Source: Mobula hypostoma (Eukaryota). Taken from it: DNA of 64,000 bases. The position numbers were made by a program, and so were the translations under genes. Shown here piece by piece: positions 38,688-50,322 of the stretch. The notes under the pieces were generated by a model. The model ran no database searches, was not told where the DNA came from, and saw only the letters and a list, made by a program, of their open reading frames with translations. Numbering within the stretch: the stretch's first letter is position 1; each line of letters begins with the position of its first letter. Location: the NCBI RefSeq assembly GCF_963921235.1, contig NC_086107.1, forward strand, positions 97,218,001-97,282,000, written 5' to 3'.

Positions 38688-39214
38688 ACTAAAATAAATA
38701 ACCGTGCATATAACTGTCAGTGCAATCCTGGCAATTGTTGTGATGCTTTACCCGAGATGTTTACACAATTTATAAAGAGGAGCCTGGGAATTTATAATCA
38801 GAAACTTTGACAGGGAATGCACACAGACATAATGCGTGTGGACTGAAGGAAATGTCCATAAAATCTTCTGTGATCTTGGATATTTAGGAAGGGTGTCTTT
38901 ACCTTTTTTTTGGGATCTGGGCTTCACTGGCAAGGCCAGTGTTCATTGTCCATGCAGGATTCTGTCATGTTGCGGAGTTGCATTAATCCCTCTGGTGAAA
39001 GTAGGGGGGTTCCATGATTTAGACACAGGGTGCTGAAGGAATAGTGAACCCTTTCCAAGTCAGGATAATATGTACCCTGGAGGGGAATCTGCAGATGGTA
39101 GTGTTCCCTCTTTCAGCAGTCCTTTTCCACCAAGGGTGGAGATAATGGGTTTGAGAGGTCCTGTTGCAGTAATCTGAGCCAGCAACGGTGGTGAATGTTG
39201 AGGATGGTACACAT

Positions 39215-39851
39215 TGTGGCCATGGAGAGCATTCTGACTGGCTGCATCACCATCTGGTGTGTGGGGGCAGAGGGGGGGAAGTTCTGCACAGGATCGGAAA
39301 AAGCCGCAGAAAGTTGTAAACTCAGTCAGTTAGCTCCATCATGGGCACTAGTCTCCCCAGCATCCAGGGCATCTCCAAGGAGTGATGCCTCAAAAAAGGA
39401 GACATCCATTATTAAGGGCATCCATCACCCAGGCATGCCCTCTTCTCATTGTTACCGTCAGGAAGGAGGTACAGGAGCCTGAAGAAACACACTCAATGAT
39501 TCAGGAACAACTTCTTCCCCTTTGCCATCAGGTTTCTGAATGGACATTGAACCCAAGAACACTACCTCAAGCAACATACATCAAAGTTGCTGGTGAACAC
39601 TACCTCAATACTGTTTTTTCTCTTTTTGCTCTACTTATTTAACTTTTTAAAAATGTTTATATATATATATATATATATATAATCTTATTGTGATTTACAG
39701 ATTTTATTATGTATTGCAATGTACTGCTGCCACAAAACAACAAATTTCATGACATATCACCACCAAATGCTGGTGTTTAGGGCAACAATGATCTCTGTCT
39801 CTGTCTCCATCTCTGTCTGTCCTTTCATGACATATACCTGATTCTGATTCT
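39215..39851 (+). mobile_element. Rex1-type 3' fragment with two micro-insertions and a (TA)n run
   Basis: MESILTGCITIW; tail CCTGATTCTGATTCT. Confidence 0.8.
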
Positions 39852-39927
39852 GTTCACCGATGGTGGAGAGGATCAACGTTTAGGCAAGTTACAGATCAAT
39901 TAAATCTCTGCAACACACATATATACA

Positions 39928-39932
<5 letters not shown>

Positions 39933-39959
<27 letters not shown>
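39933..39959. repeat. (CA)n microsatellite at a Penelope pLTR end (pLTR remnant to about 40042)
   Basis: Direct read. Confidence 0.85.
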
Positions 39960-39964
<5 letters not shown>

Positions 39965-40899
39965 CTGGAGGAACCCAGCAGGCCAGGCAGCATTTATGGA
40001 AAAAAATTACAGTCGGCATTTTGGGCCGAGACCCTTCAGCAGTGAAATCTCCAGTCACTTATGGCTGAAGTTATAGTGTCATCGAGGGAAAGTTTTCATG
40101 AGGTCTTCTCCAACTTCTCAGTTATAAATTCAACGGAAGTGTTGTAAAACTCCAGGAAGTGGTCTGCTTTTATTTCAAGGTGTTCCTGCAGCTCTCCAAA
40201 CAGCTGTTCTGGGGAGAATTTCCCCTCAGAATGCTTCCTCCAAAGTCTCATTATCAATCTCCTCAGTCGTGTTCGCTTGAGCGGCAGTTTGATTCTGTGC
40301 TGTTCAGACACCGTACAATGTCATGAGCCGGACTGAGACCTAATATTTTTTGGGGGGGGGGTGGGGGGAAGGCAAGAGTAAGGAGGTGGGAGATATCAAT
40401 TGCTCACACTCTGGTCTGCCTTCAACCAGCTTGTCCAGCTTATCTGATGAGCCAAACATTTAACAAAGGCAATGCCTCCATAACCACCCAGCAACAGGCC
40501 ACTCAGCCCCTCGAACCTGAGAGTACAAATGAGACAGAGGTCACTTAGCTCATCAAACCTTTGGAGAATCATCTCATTCTCTTTATTTTTCTCCTAAACT
40601 CCTGTTACTTTCATCCTCTATCTATCTCTATACTTAAAGGTAGCTGAGTCTACCATCCCCAGACACAGCGATGTAGAGTATCTCTCTCTGGTCAGGCCAC
40701 ATATTAATTATAAAACATGCCTGAAAATCATGTGTTTCCATTCACCAATAAAAATGACCAAGCACACAATGAAATCCAGCCATGCAGAATATGTATCTTC
40801 ATTAATTTCACCTTAAGAACAGCCCATATGGATTTCAAAATGGCCACATGGACCATGGATTGCATTTGTCTGTGGGATATATTTATCTATCTATTTATT

Positions 40900-41088
40900 T
40901 GTTGACATAGAGTGTGAATAGGCCTTTCTGGCCCTATGAGCAATGCCGTCCAGTTATCCTCCGATTTAATACCAGCCTAATCACGGGACGGTTTACAATG
41001 ACCAATTAACCTGCCAACCTGTTCGTGTTTGGACTGCGGGAGGATAGCGGAGCACCTGGAGGGAACCCACGCGGTCGCGGGGGGAGAC
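40900..41088 (-). mobile_element. V-domain SINE 3' part
   Basis: TTTGGACTG.GGGAGGA...GGAGCACC.GGAGG.AACCCACGCGGTC. Confidence 0.78.
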
Positions 41089-41789
41089 GCACTCCATGGC
41101 AGGATCCATGACGTGACAGTCTGGAAGAGTAAGAGCCGTGGGTGGGAATGGAATAAAATAGCTGAAGGAAGATGGAGCCTGAGAAATCACGCCTGGGCTG
41201 AGAGTCATTGTTTTTTTCCCGTTTTGATTTTGATTGAGTTGGGCTTCCAAAGGGCTGAAAACTGACACATCTCCTGAGAGTAACCGAAAGTACTCAACCA
41301 ATAAAACAACCTTGACCTGAACCAGAAATAAAAATTGCGAGGTTCAAGCTGTAATCAGTTTTCATCCATCCTTCTACATCAAATAACCTGCCCTGGAAGC
41401 AGAGCCCTTTATAACTTCAGTTAATATAGATAGATTATGGCAAATTTTGAAAATGTTGACTGAACTGGCATCTGCAGCCTTTAAGGAATTTCAAATTCCC
41501 ACTGGCTCAAAGGACTTCATGATTTTCTTGCTGAAGTGCCAAGTTTGAATTCTGAGATTGTTCCCTTTTGTTTTGGATTCCGGGTATCAATAGAAGTACT
41601 TTTCTCTGCGTCTGCTTGATCAAATCCATGATTCATTTTTAATTCCTTGATTAAGTTACCCATCAGCTTCGCAAAGTCAAGGGAACACAGCCTAAGTCTG
41701 TGTAAGAATTAACTGTTCCTACACCAGTATCACATTGATATACAGTATGTGGGGAGTACGTCCTTCAGGATCCTGTGATTCTGCACAGA

Positions 41790-42226
41790 GGTGCAGCAGC
41801 TAGTGGTGGTGCTGCTGCCTCTCAGCTCTATTGATCCAGGTTCGATTCCAGCCTCAGGTGGAGTGTCGTCCTGTGACCTTGTGGGTTTTCCCTGGGTGGG
41901 TTCACCAGTTTCCTCCTGTATTCCATGGAATGAGTGAGAGGTTAACTGACTACTTTACTTATTTATGGAGATACAGTGCAGAATAGGCCTTTCTAGCCCT
42001 TTGAGCCGTGCCACCCAGCAACCCCTCAGTTTAACACTAGCCTAATCTACAATGACCGATTAATCTACCATCCGGTCTTTGGACTGTAGGAGGAAACCAG
42101 AGCACCCGGAGGAAACCCACGAGGTCACGGGGAGAACGTACAAACTCCTTACAGGCAGTGGTGGGAATTGAACCTGGGTTGCTGGGACTGTAAAGCATCA
42201 TGCTAGCCACTACGCTACTGTGCTGC
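41790..42226. mobile_element. Two V-domain SINEs tail-to-tail (+ 41790-41955, - 41960-42226)
   Basis: Cores in opposite orientations. Confidence 0.75.
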
Positions 42227-44024
42227 TCCAACTCACTGGAGTCACTACTCACTACTTTGACTAGGTTATTGGTAAAATAATCTAACTGTGAATTGATGGG
42301 CACGAGTGAGAGAGTAAACTGTAGGGGAATAAAAAGAAGGGAGTTGGGACTGGTGGGTTTGGGAACTGGTCCCTTGCATTACTAAGTCATAGTGTTAAGT
42401 GGCGCAGAAATAGGGCCCTTCAAGTCAATGCTGACCGTCAGATACCTATCTACATCACACACACATCTTGATACTTTAATACTGTGAGAGCACGTGCCTC
42501 CAGTTTCCCTCAGGCAGGATGTTCTAGACTGTAACCACACACTAGGTGAAAAAGTTAATCTACAGATTCCTGGCCAGTAACATGAAGATCCTACCCACCA
42601 TGCTCATGGACTGTTTGTCCCAGTTCCGCCAGGGAGGAGACTGCATAGCATCCACTCCTGGACCAAAAGACTCAAAGACAGTCACTTTTCACAAGCAGTA
42701 AGGCTGATCAACACCTCCACCCACTAACCCATCGCTCCAAACCCCCAACCACCACAAGTTTGCCATTCCCCGTCAGTCACCTTATGTACAGACTCTCTTG
42801 TACCTCGCGTCTCTTTATGGACATACATCAACCTACGTATATAACCTATCTTACATGTTTACCTTGTGTTTTTTGTGCTGCATCGGATTAGAGTAAAAAC
42901 TATTTCATTCTCCTTTACACTTTTTCAAAGTTTCAAAGTACATTTATTATCAAAGAATGTAGAAATTATACAACCTGGAGATTTGTCTGCTTACAGGTAG
43001 CCGCAAAGCAAGGAACTCAAAAGAACCCAATTTAAAAAAATAAGACCAACCTCCCAGTGCCCACAGAGAAATAAAAAAAAACAAATCATGTAAACAATAG
43101 ATGTGAGCATTAACTCCTTAGATCCAAATCCCCGGAACAACCCAGAGTAGGCCCAAAGCTCGGTATTCAGTATACTAGAAATGACTTATAATGTCCTTGA
43201 TATCTTCCAAAATCCTCACTCCATACCAGTGCTGAAATTCATATCCATGGTGAGCACAAGTTCCAGAACAGACTGCCCAAGACACATTTTTCTCCCCTTT
43301 AGCCTTTATGGTTTCATTTTACACCGACTTACACTGACATCTAATTCCACTCTCTCTCCATCCCATGCTCTCTGACCACCCCCCCACCCTTGGCCCCAAA
43401 GCTCACACTCCTCAACACCACCAAACCTTCCTCAGTCCAACCTCCAGTGACGTGGCTGGCAGATGCACGTTGCTGATAGGCAGCCACTACTCCTCCCTAA
43501 CCAAGGGAAGTTAAACCCTCTGCCAAACTCAAGCCATCTGCCCACTCTTGTTTACACCTCAGCATTTTATCAGCAGATGCTCTGAAATGTCTTGTGCGTG
43601 CAGCATGGAAAGGAACATTTACTCCAGCAGTGGCTTCCACTGCTCATTTTTATTAATTAATCAGAGTTACACCGCACCGAACCAGGATGGCCAGTTGTCA
43701 ACCTGGGGGCGGTGAACCGATCACCTGCTTTGTGGAAATGTTACAGCCTGCCTACAAGCCCTGATGCCGCATTGTGCCAATAAGGGGGCTGTTAAGGCGC
43801 AAGCTGCCAGTTTACTTCCGTCTCTGTGCCAGTTTCGCAAAGATAATCAAAGTCACCCAGTGACAAGAAGAGCACAGGGGTCAAGATCTGGTGCCAGTGC
43901 ACCAGTGCCCAGGCAGGGAGAGTCCCATCCAACAGTGACAGAGTGACAGGATAGCTTTCTGCTTACAGTGCTGGTCTATCAAGCAAACTATTGACGGTGA
44001 GGAGACATGCAATTAAATCTACCC

Positions 44025-44292
44025 ACAGCGGGGCGAGTGTTTCAATCCAGTTTGGGACAGAAAGGGTTGTTGTCTCTGATGACGTTTGTATGTTCTCTCC
44101 GTGACCGTGTGGGTTTCCGCCAGGTGCTCCCATTTCCTCCCGCAATCCAAAGACATTTGGGTGGGGCAGGCGTGGGCGTGTTGTTCTGCCACCAGCCACT
44201 TGCCAGCGTATCCTCAGATTGTGTCGGTCGTCGGCGCAGACGAAGCATTTCACTCCAGGTTTCAATGTGTTCTGACAAACAGAGATCATCTT
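44025..44292 (+). mobile_element. V-domain SINE
   Basis: TTCTCTCCGTGACCGTGTGGGTTTCC...CCAAAGAC. Confidence 0.75.
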
Positions 44293-44304
44293 CGGAAGGT
44301 TACT

Positions 44305-44790
44305 AACAAGAGGAAACCGGCAGATACTGGAAATCCAGGCAACACACACACAATGCTGGAGGAACTCAGCAGGCCAGGCAGCTTCTATGGGCAAAAGTGC
44401 AGTCGACGTTTTGGGCTGAGACCCTTCGGCAGGATGGGGAGAAAAAAAGCTGAGGAGTAGATTCAAAAGGTGGGGGTGGAGGGGAGAGAGGAACACCAGG
44501 TGATAGGTGAAACCTGGAGGGGGAGGGATGAAGAGCTGGGAAGTTGATTGTTGAAAGAGACAAAAGGTCGTGGAAGAAAGAAAAAGGGGGAAGTAGTACC
44601 GGAGGGAGGCGATGGGTGGGCAAAGAGATAAGGTGAGAGAGGGAAAAGGGGATTGCCAGAAGTTCGAGAAATCAATGTTCATGCCATCAGGTTGGAGGCT
44701 ACTCATACAGAATGTGAGGTGTTGTTCCTCCAACCTGAGTGTGGCCTCATCATGACAGTGGAGGAAGGTTCCTGTCCACTGCCACCTCAC
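44305..44790 (-). mobile_element. Penelope 3' end / pseudo-LTR
   Basis: EATLRLEEQHLTFCMSSLQPDGMNIDFSNF; degenerate hammerhead at 44400-44435. Confidence 0.88.
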
Positions 44791-45149
44791 TCGCAAATGT
44801 ACAACAGAGAGGGAAACCAGATGATCTCAATGTGGTCTCCAGACAAGGTGGCTGACTTATCTGCCAATCTGAAGCCCCCTAACAGGGCACTTAGTTCGTG
44901 GATAATTAGGGGCATGCAGTGAATGCCCTCTTAAATCCCCTCGTGCCTTTAGGATCGCACATCCTGGTGGTGCTCCCGCAGCCGGACTTCCTATGAAGTG
45001 GATGAATTCCAAGGCAGCGGGAGAAGATGGTGAGGTGCATCTCATCAGGATTGTGAGGGGGCTTGGGAAGGTCAGGGTTGTAACTGAGAACATTTTAGGC
45101 TGGAGGGTTCCTCTGCAAGTTTGTTGGTGTAGCAGTGCTTTTTATTTTG

Positions 45150-45378
45150 TTATTGAGATACAGCACGGAATTGGCCCTTCCGGCCCATCGAGCCGCGTTA
45201 CTCAGCATTCCCTCTACTTGTATTGACCAATTAACCTACATCTTTGGACTGTGGGAGGAAACTGGAGCACCCGGTGGAAACCCACATAGCACGACCTCCT
45301 TACAGGCAGTGCGAGAATTGAACCCAGGTTGCCTGTACTGTAAAGCATTGTGCTAACCACTACGCTGCCGTGCCTCCC
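45150..45378 (-). mobile_element. V-domain SINE
   Basis: Core and head match the 41960-42226 copy. Confidence 0.78.
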
Positions 45379-45489
45379 CACTTCTGCTCCTTGGAGCGTC
45401 GTGAGGTTCTGCAGTGTTCTTGGTAGAGTTGCTTGGCAAGTTCCGTCACAAACTTCACTCAGGGGGAGGCCTCTTGTATGTCGGTGAAA

Positions 45490-46372
45490 ATCATTCTAGA
45501 ACGAAAGGCGATGTCCTCCTTTTTCAAAGAAAGGGGCTTCCCTTCCTCCACTATCAACGCTGCCCTCAACCACACCTCTTCCATTTCACGCATGTTTGCT
45601 CTTGCCCCATCCTCCAGCCACCCTACCAGGGATAGGGTTCCTCTTGTCCTCACCTCTTCTCCTGAACCTACACCTCCTTCACTACCATTCAGGGCCCCAA
45701 ACAGTCCTTCCAGGTGAGGCGACACTTCACCTGCGAGTCTGATGGGGTCATATACTGTGTTCGGTGCTCCTAGTGAGGCCTCTTGTATACTGGTGAGACT
45801 GGGCGTAGATTGGGAGACCACTTCACAGAGCACCGACCCTTTAACTGCCAGAACAAACGGGATCTCCCAGTGGCCACTTCCCATTCCCATTTCGATATGT
45901 CCATCCATGGCCTCCACTGTTGGGATAAGGCCACACTTAGGTTGGAGGAACAACACCTTATATTCCGTTTGGGTAGCCTCCAACCTGATGGCATGAACAT
46001 CGATTTCTCAAACTTCCAGTAATGCCTCCAAACCACCCCCTTCACCATTTCCCATCCCCTTGTCCCTCTCTCATGCCATCTCTTTCCCTGTTCATTGCCT
46101 CCCTCTGGTGCTCCTCCCGCCTTTCTTCTTTCTTCCATAGCCTTCTGTCTCTTTCACCAATCAACTTCCTAGCTCTTTGCTCCATCCCTCCCCCTCCAAG
46201 TTTCACCTATCGCCTGGTGTTTCTCTCTCCCCTTCCCCACCTTTTAAATCTACCTCTCAGCTGTTTTTTCTCCAGTCCTGCCAGAGGGTTTCGGCCCGAA
46301 ACGTCGACTGTACTTTTTTCTGTGGATGCTGTCTTGGCCTGCTGAGCCCCTCCAGCATTTTGTGTGTGTTAC
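45490..46372 (+). mobile_element. Penelope-like element 3' part (GIY-YIG endonuclease remnant plus pLTR)
   Basis: MSSFFKERGFPSSTINAAL; GVIYCVRC...YTGETGRRLGDHFTEH...LEEQHLIFRLGSLQPDGMN. Confidence 0.92.
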
Positions 46373-47069
46373 TCAGGGGGAGGGGCCATCTTCCAGTCTG
46401 ACGGAATGAATGCAATGCCTGTTTGTAGAGTCACCAGATGTTCGGTCACATCTGCCGTTGGACTCTCAGGGCTAGCTCTGGGATCGTGAGTAGGCTTGTC
46501 CCTTTGTTATTTACTCTGTCAAGCAAGTAATATGCTCTGCGTGCAGGCTGTGCCAGGAAGGGATGAGACACAGAGGATGTGGAGTGGCTGTCCTTGGACA
46601 CTCAGAGAGCACTTACAATAGAACGCCATGGCAATGCCCACTGCAAAGCCATTAGTTGCAAACAACTGATGTACAACTTGATGGCAGATGGTCCTCACTT
46701 CTAATCTACAACTAAATGGACTATGCTCCTGGAAATCAGTTGGCCGATCGATAGTGCAGGCAGCCAAGACCATGTTGAGTTGCTGGTCTGTGAGCCCCAA
46801 CCCAGATTGATTTAACTGATGGGATCTGGACAAGGCTGGCTTTATCATCCGCCCCCAATGATCCTGGAAGCTAATTTCACCACATTGATCTGGAATTACG
46901 CATATGTGTAACACGGAGTAAGGACAATGAACCTGCTACCTTGAAGGATATAGTAATAAACTTTAAACATCAGTCTGAAGGTTCCTCACCATTACTGTTT
47001 CCCGCTTTATTTTTAGATATATTTAATTATTTAGCTTCTGTGATTCAGGAACTAAATAGATCAGTAGCT

Positions 47070-47181
47070 CCAACTTCTGGATCAGTAGTTTTTGGACTAC
47101 TAACCCAGAAGTTTGGACTTCTGGATCAGTAATTTTGGACTACTAACCCAGAAGTTTGGACTTCTGGATCAGTAGTCCAAA
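47070..47181. repeat. About 2.5 tandem copies of a 43-44-bp self-complementary unit
   Basis: ACTTCTGGATCAGTAGTTTTTGGACTACTAACCCAGAAGTTTGG; units start at 47073, 47117 and 47160. Confidence 0.9.
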
Positions 47182-47253
47182 TCACTGAATGCTTGTCCAG
47201 AAAGTTAAGCATGCTACTGCATCCATGCCAGTGAACAGATTCAGAGTTCGGAA

Positions 47254-47570
47254 TTCAGAATCAGGTTTAATATCACCAGCATGTGTTGTGAAATTTGTTG
47301 TCTTTGCAGCAGCAGTACAATGCAATACATGATAATAGAAAAATCATGAATTACAGTAAGCAGATTATATTAGATAGTTATTTAAATCAGTAGTGCAAAA
47401 ATAGAAATAAAGAGCAGTGAGGTAAGGTTCTTAGATTCAATGTCCATTCAGAAATCGGATGACAGAGGGGAAGAAGCTGTTCCTGAATTACTGAGTGTGT
47501 GCCTTTAGGCTCCTGTACCTCCTACCTGATGGTAGCAATGAGAACAAGGCATGACCTCAGTGACAAGGGT
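47254..47570 (-). mobile_element. Rex1-type 3' end
   Basis: Reverse complement of the LPSGRRYRSLKAHT region and tail. Confidence 0.8.
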
Positions 47571-48164
47571 CACCCAGGTTATGCCTAATACTTTAGGTCA
47601 CCCAGGTCACCTAATACTCTATTAAGATGTTAACCTGGCAGTACAGTGCTTTTGGTCTTGGTCTTGCTTTAGCTGGTAAAAGGTGTACAGTGATCACTGA
47701 TATTCTGCAGGTGATGGAACTCTTGAGCAACACACACAAGATGCTGGAGGGTCAGGCAGCGTCTATGGAGGAGAATAAACAGTCAGCGTGTCAGGCCGAG
47801 ACCCTTCATCAGGACTGAAACGGATGGGGAAAGAAGGCAGAATTAGAAGGTGGGGAAGGGGAAGGAATACAAACTGGCAGGTGATAGGTGAAAGCGGGTG
47901 TGGAGGATGGTGGGTGGGTGGGTGGGGGAGAGTGGATGAAGTGAGAGATTGGAAGGTGACAGGTGGAAAAGGTAAAAGGCTGAAGGCAGAATACCATGGA
48001 AATAAAGGGAAGGAGGAGGGGAAACATAGGGGGGGGGTGATGGTCAGGTAAGTACAAAGGAAGTGGTCAGAGGATAAACAGAATGGAGAATGGACAAAGA
48101 GAAAAGGAGAAAGGGAAGTAATTACCAGAAGTTACAGAAATCGATGTTTATGCTATGACATTGA

Positions 48165-49890
48165 CCATAAGATACAGGAGCAGAATTAGGCCATTTGGCC
48201 CATTGAGTCTGCTCCGCCATTTCATCATGGCTGATCCATTTCCCTCTCAGCCCCAATCTCCTGCCTTATCCCCGTATCCCTTCATGCCCTGACCAGTCAA
48301 GAATATATCAACCTCTCCCTTAAATATACCCAATGTCCTGGCTCCACAGCTGCCTTTGGAAATGAATTCCAAAGATTAATCACTCTCTGGCTAAAGCAAT
48401 TACTCCTCACCTCCATTCTAAATGGATGTCCCTCTAATCTGAGGCTGTGTCTTCTGGTCTTAGACTCCCCTACGATAGGAAACGTCCTTTCCACATCCAC
48501 TCTGTTGAGGCATTTCAACATTTGATAGGTTTCAATGAGATTCTCCTTCATTCTTCTGAATTTCAGTGAGTACAGGCCTAGAGCCATCAAACACTCTTCA
48601 TATGGCAAGCCTTTCAATCCTGGAATAATTTTCGTGAACCTCCTTTGATTGGTCTCCAATGTAAGCACATCCTAATTGTAGATTAGGCCCTAATTGTAGG
48701 GGCCCAAAGCTGCTCACAATACTCTCAATGAGGTCTCACCAGTGCCTTATAGAGCCCTCACATTATATCCTTGCTTCTTCTCGAAATGAATGCAAACTTT
48801 GCATTTGCCTTCAACACCACAGACTCAACCTGCAAATTAACCTTTAGGGAATCCTGCATGAGGACTCCCAAGTCCCTTTGAACCTCGGATTTTTGAATTT
48901 TCTCTCCATTTAGAAAATAGTATACACTTTTATTGCTTTTTCCAAAGTGCATGACCATACACTTCTCAGCACTATATTCCATCTGCCACTTATTTGCCCT
49001 TTCTCCTAATCTATCCAAATCCTTCTGTAGCCTCTCTGCTTCCTCAATACTATCTGCCCCTCCACCTATCTTCATATCATCCGGAAATCTGACCACTAAA
49101 CTATTAATTCCACCATCCAGATCATCGCATATAATGTAAAAAGAAGCAGTTCCAATACAGACCTCTGCAAAATACCACTAGTCACTGGCAGCCAACCAGA
49201 AAAGAATCCCTTTATTTCAACTCTGTGCCTCTTGCGAATCAGTCAATGCTCTATCCATGCTAGTATCTTTCCTGAAATACCATGAGATCTTAACTTATTA
49301 AGCAGCCTCATGTGTGGCAGCTTATCAAAGGCCTTCTGAAAATCCAAGTACACAACATCCACCGATTCTCCTTTGTCTAACCTGCTTATTATTTCTTCAA
49401 AGAATTTCAACAGATTAGTCGACAAGATTTTCCCTTAAAGAAATCATGCTGACTTTGGCCTATCTTATCATGCGCTTCCAAGAACTCCAAAACCACATAC
49501 TTAACAATCGGCTCTAACATCTTCCCAACCGCCGATTGGCCTGTAATTTCCTTTCCTCTGCCTTTCTCCTTTCCTGAAGAGAGGAGTGATATTTGCAATT
49601 TTCCAGTCCTCCAGAACCATGCTGGAATCCAATGATTCTTGAAAGATCTCTACTAATGCCTCCACAATCACTTTTGCCACCTCCCCCAGAACCCTGATGC
49701 GTAGACCACCTCGTCCAGTGACCTACCTACCTTGAGATCTTTCAGTTTCTCAAGCACAGTCTTCCTAGTAATGGCAACTTCATTCACTTCTGCCGCCTGT
49801 CACTCTTGAACCCCCAGCATATTGCTCGTGCCTTCCACAGTGAAAACAAGTGCAAAAATACTTATTCAATTTGTCCGGCATTTTCTTGTC
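48165..49890 (-). mobile_element. CR1 LINE ORF2 fragment (1.7 kb)
   Basis: VDVVYLDFQKAFDK, FPDDMKIGG, LETNQRRFTK; same subfamily as 1-1608. Confidence 0.93.
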
Positions 49891-50065
49891 CCCTATTGGA
49901 AGCTAACCAGATGGAATATGTGGTTTTATTCATCCAAACTCAATTTGCCCTCATCATGGTAGGAGAAGAGGCCTTGAGCAGACATGTCAGAGTAGAAATG
50001 AGATGTCAAGTTGAAAAGGCTGGAATCCAGGAGATCCCATCTTTTGCGGTAGACAGAGTGGAGGT

Positions 50066-50322
50066 CTGTTCTGTCCGAAACTCTGCCATGGATGATCCCT
50101 AGCCCGGCTGCATGGGGCTAACAACCCCCTCCTGTAAAACACCAGAGCTGCAGAAATGGCAACAGAGGCTCCAAAGTCCTCGTCCCTGGGAGAGGAAGGA
50201 TCTTCAAAGATGGGCTACACCTGGGGACAACTGGAAAGACTGGCCCAGGACAGAAGGCTCTGGTGAGCTACTGTCGGTGGCCTATGGTCCAGTAGGGGGG
50301 GATGAGCTTGAGCAAGCAAGTA
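50066..50322 (+). mobile_element. RTE-derived bipartite non-autonomous element
   Basis: GGGGCTAACAACCCCCTCCTGTAAAAC motif, then GYTWGQLERLAQDRRLW (RTE C-terminus), (AAGC/T)n tail; imperfect TSD AGAGTGGAGGT/AGAGTGAAGTT. Confidence 0.75.

Noticed and set aside
43963..44796. 277-aa minus-strand ORF
   Set aside because: Chance read-through across a Penelope tail and an antisense V-SINE
47070..47181. CRISPR-like array
   Set aside because: No unique spacers, no cas genes, vertebrate context
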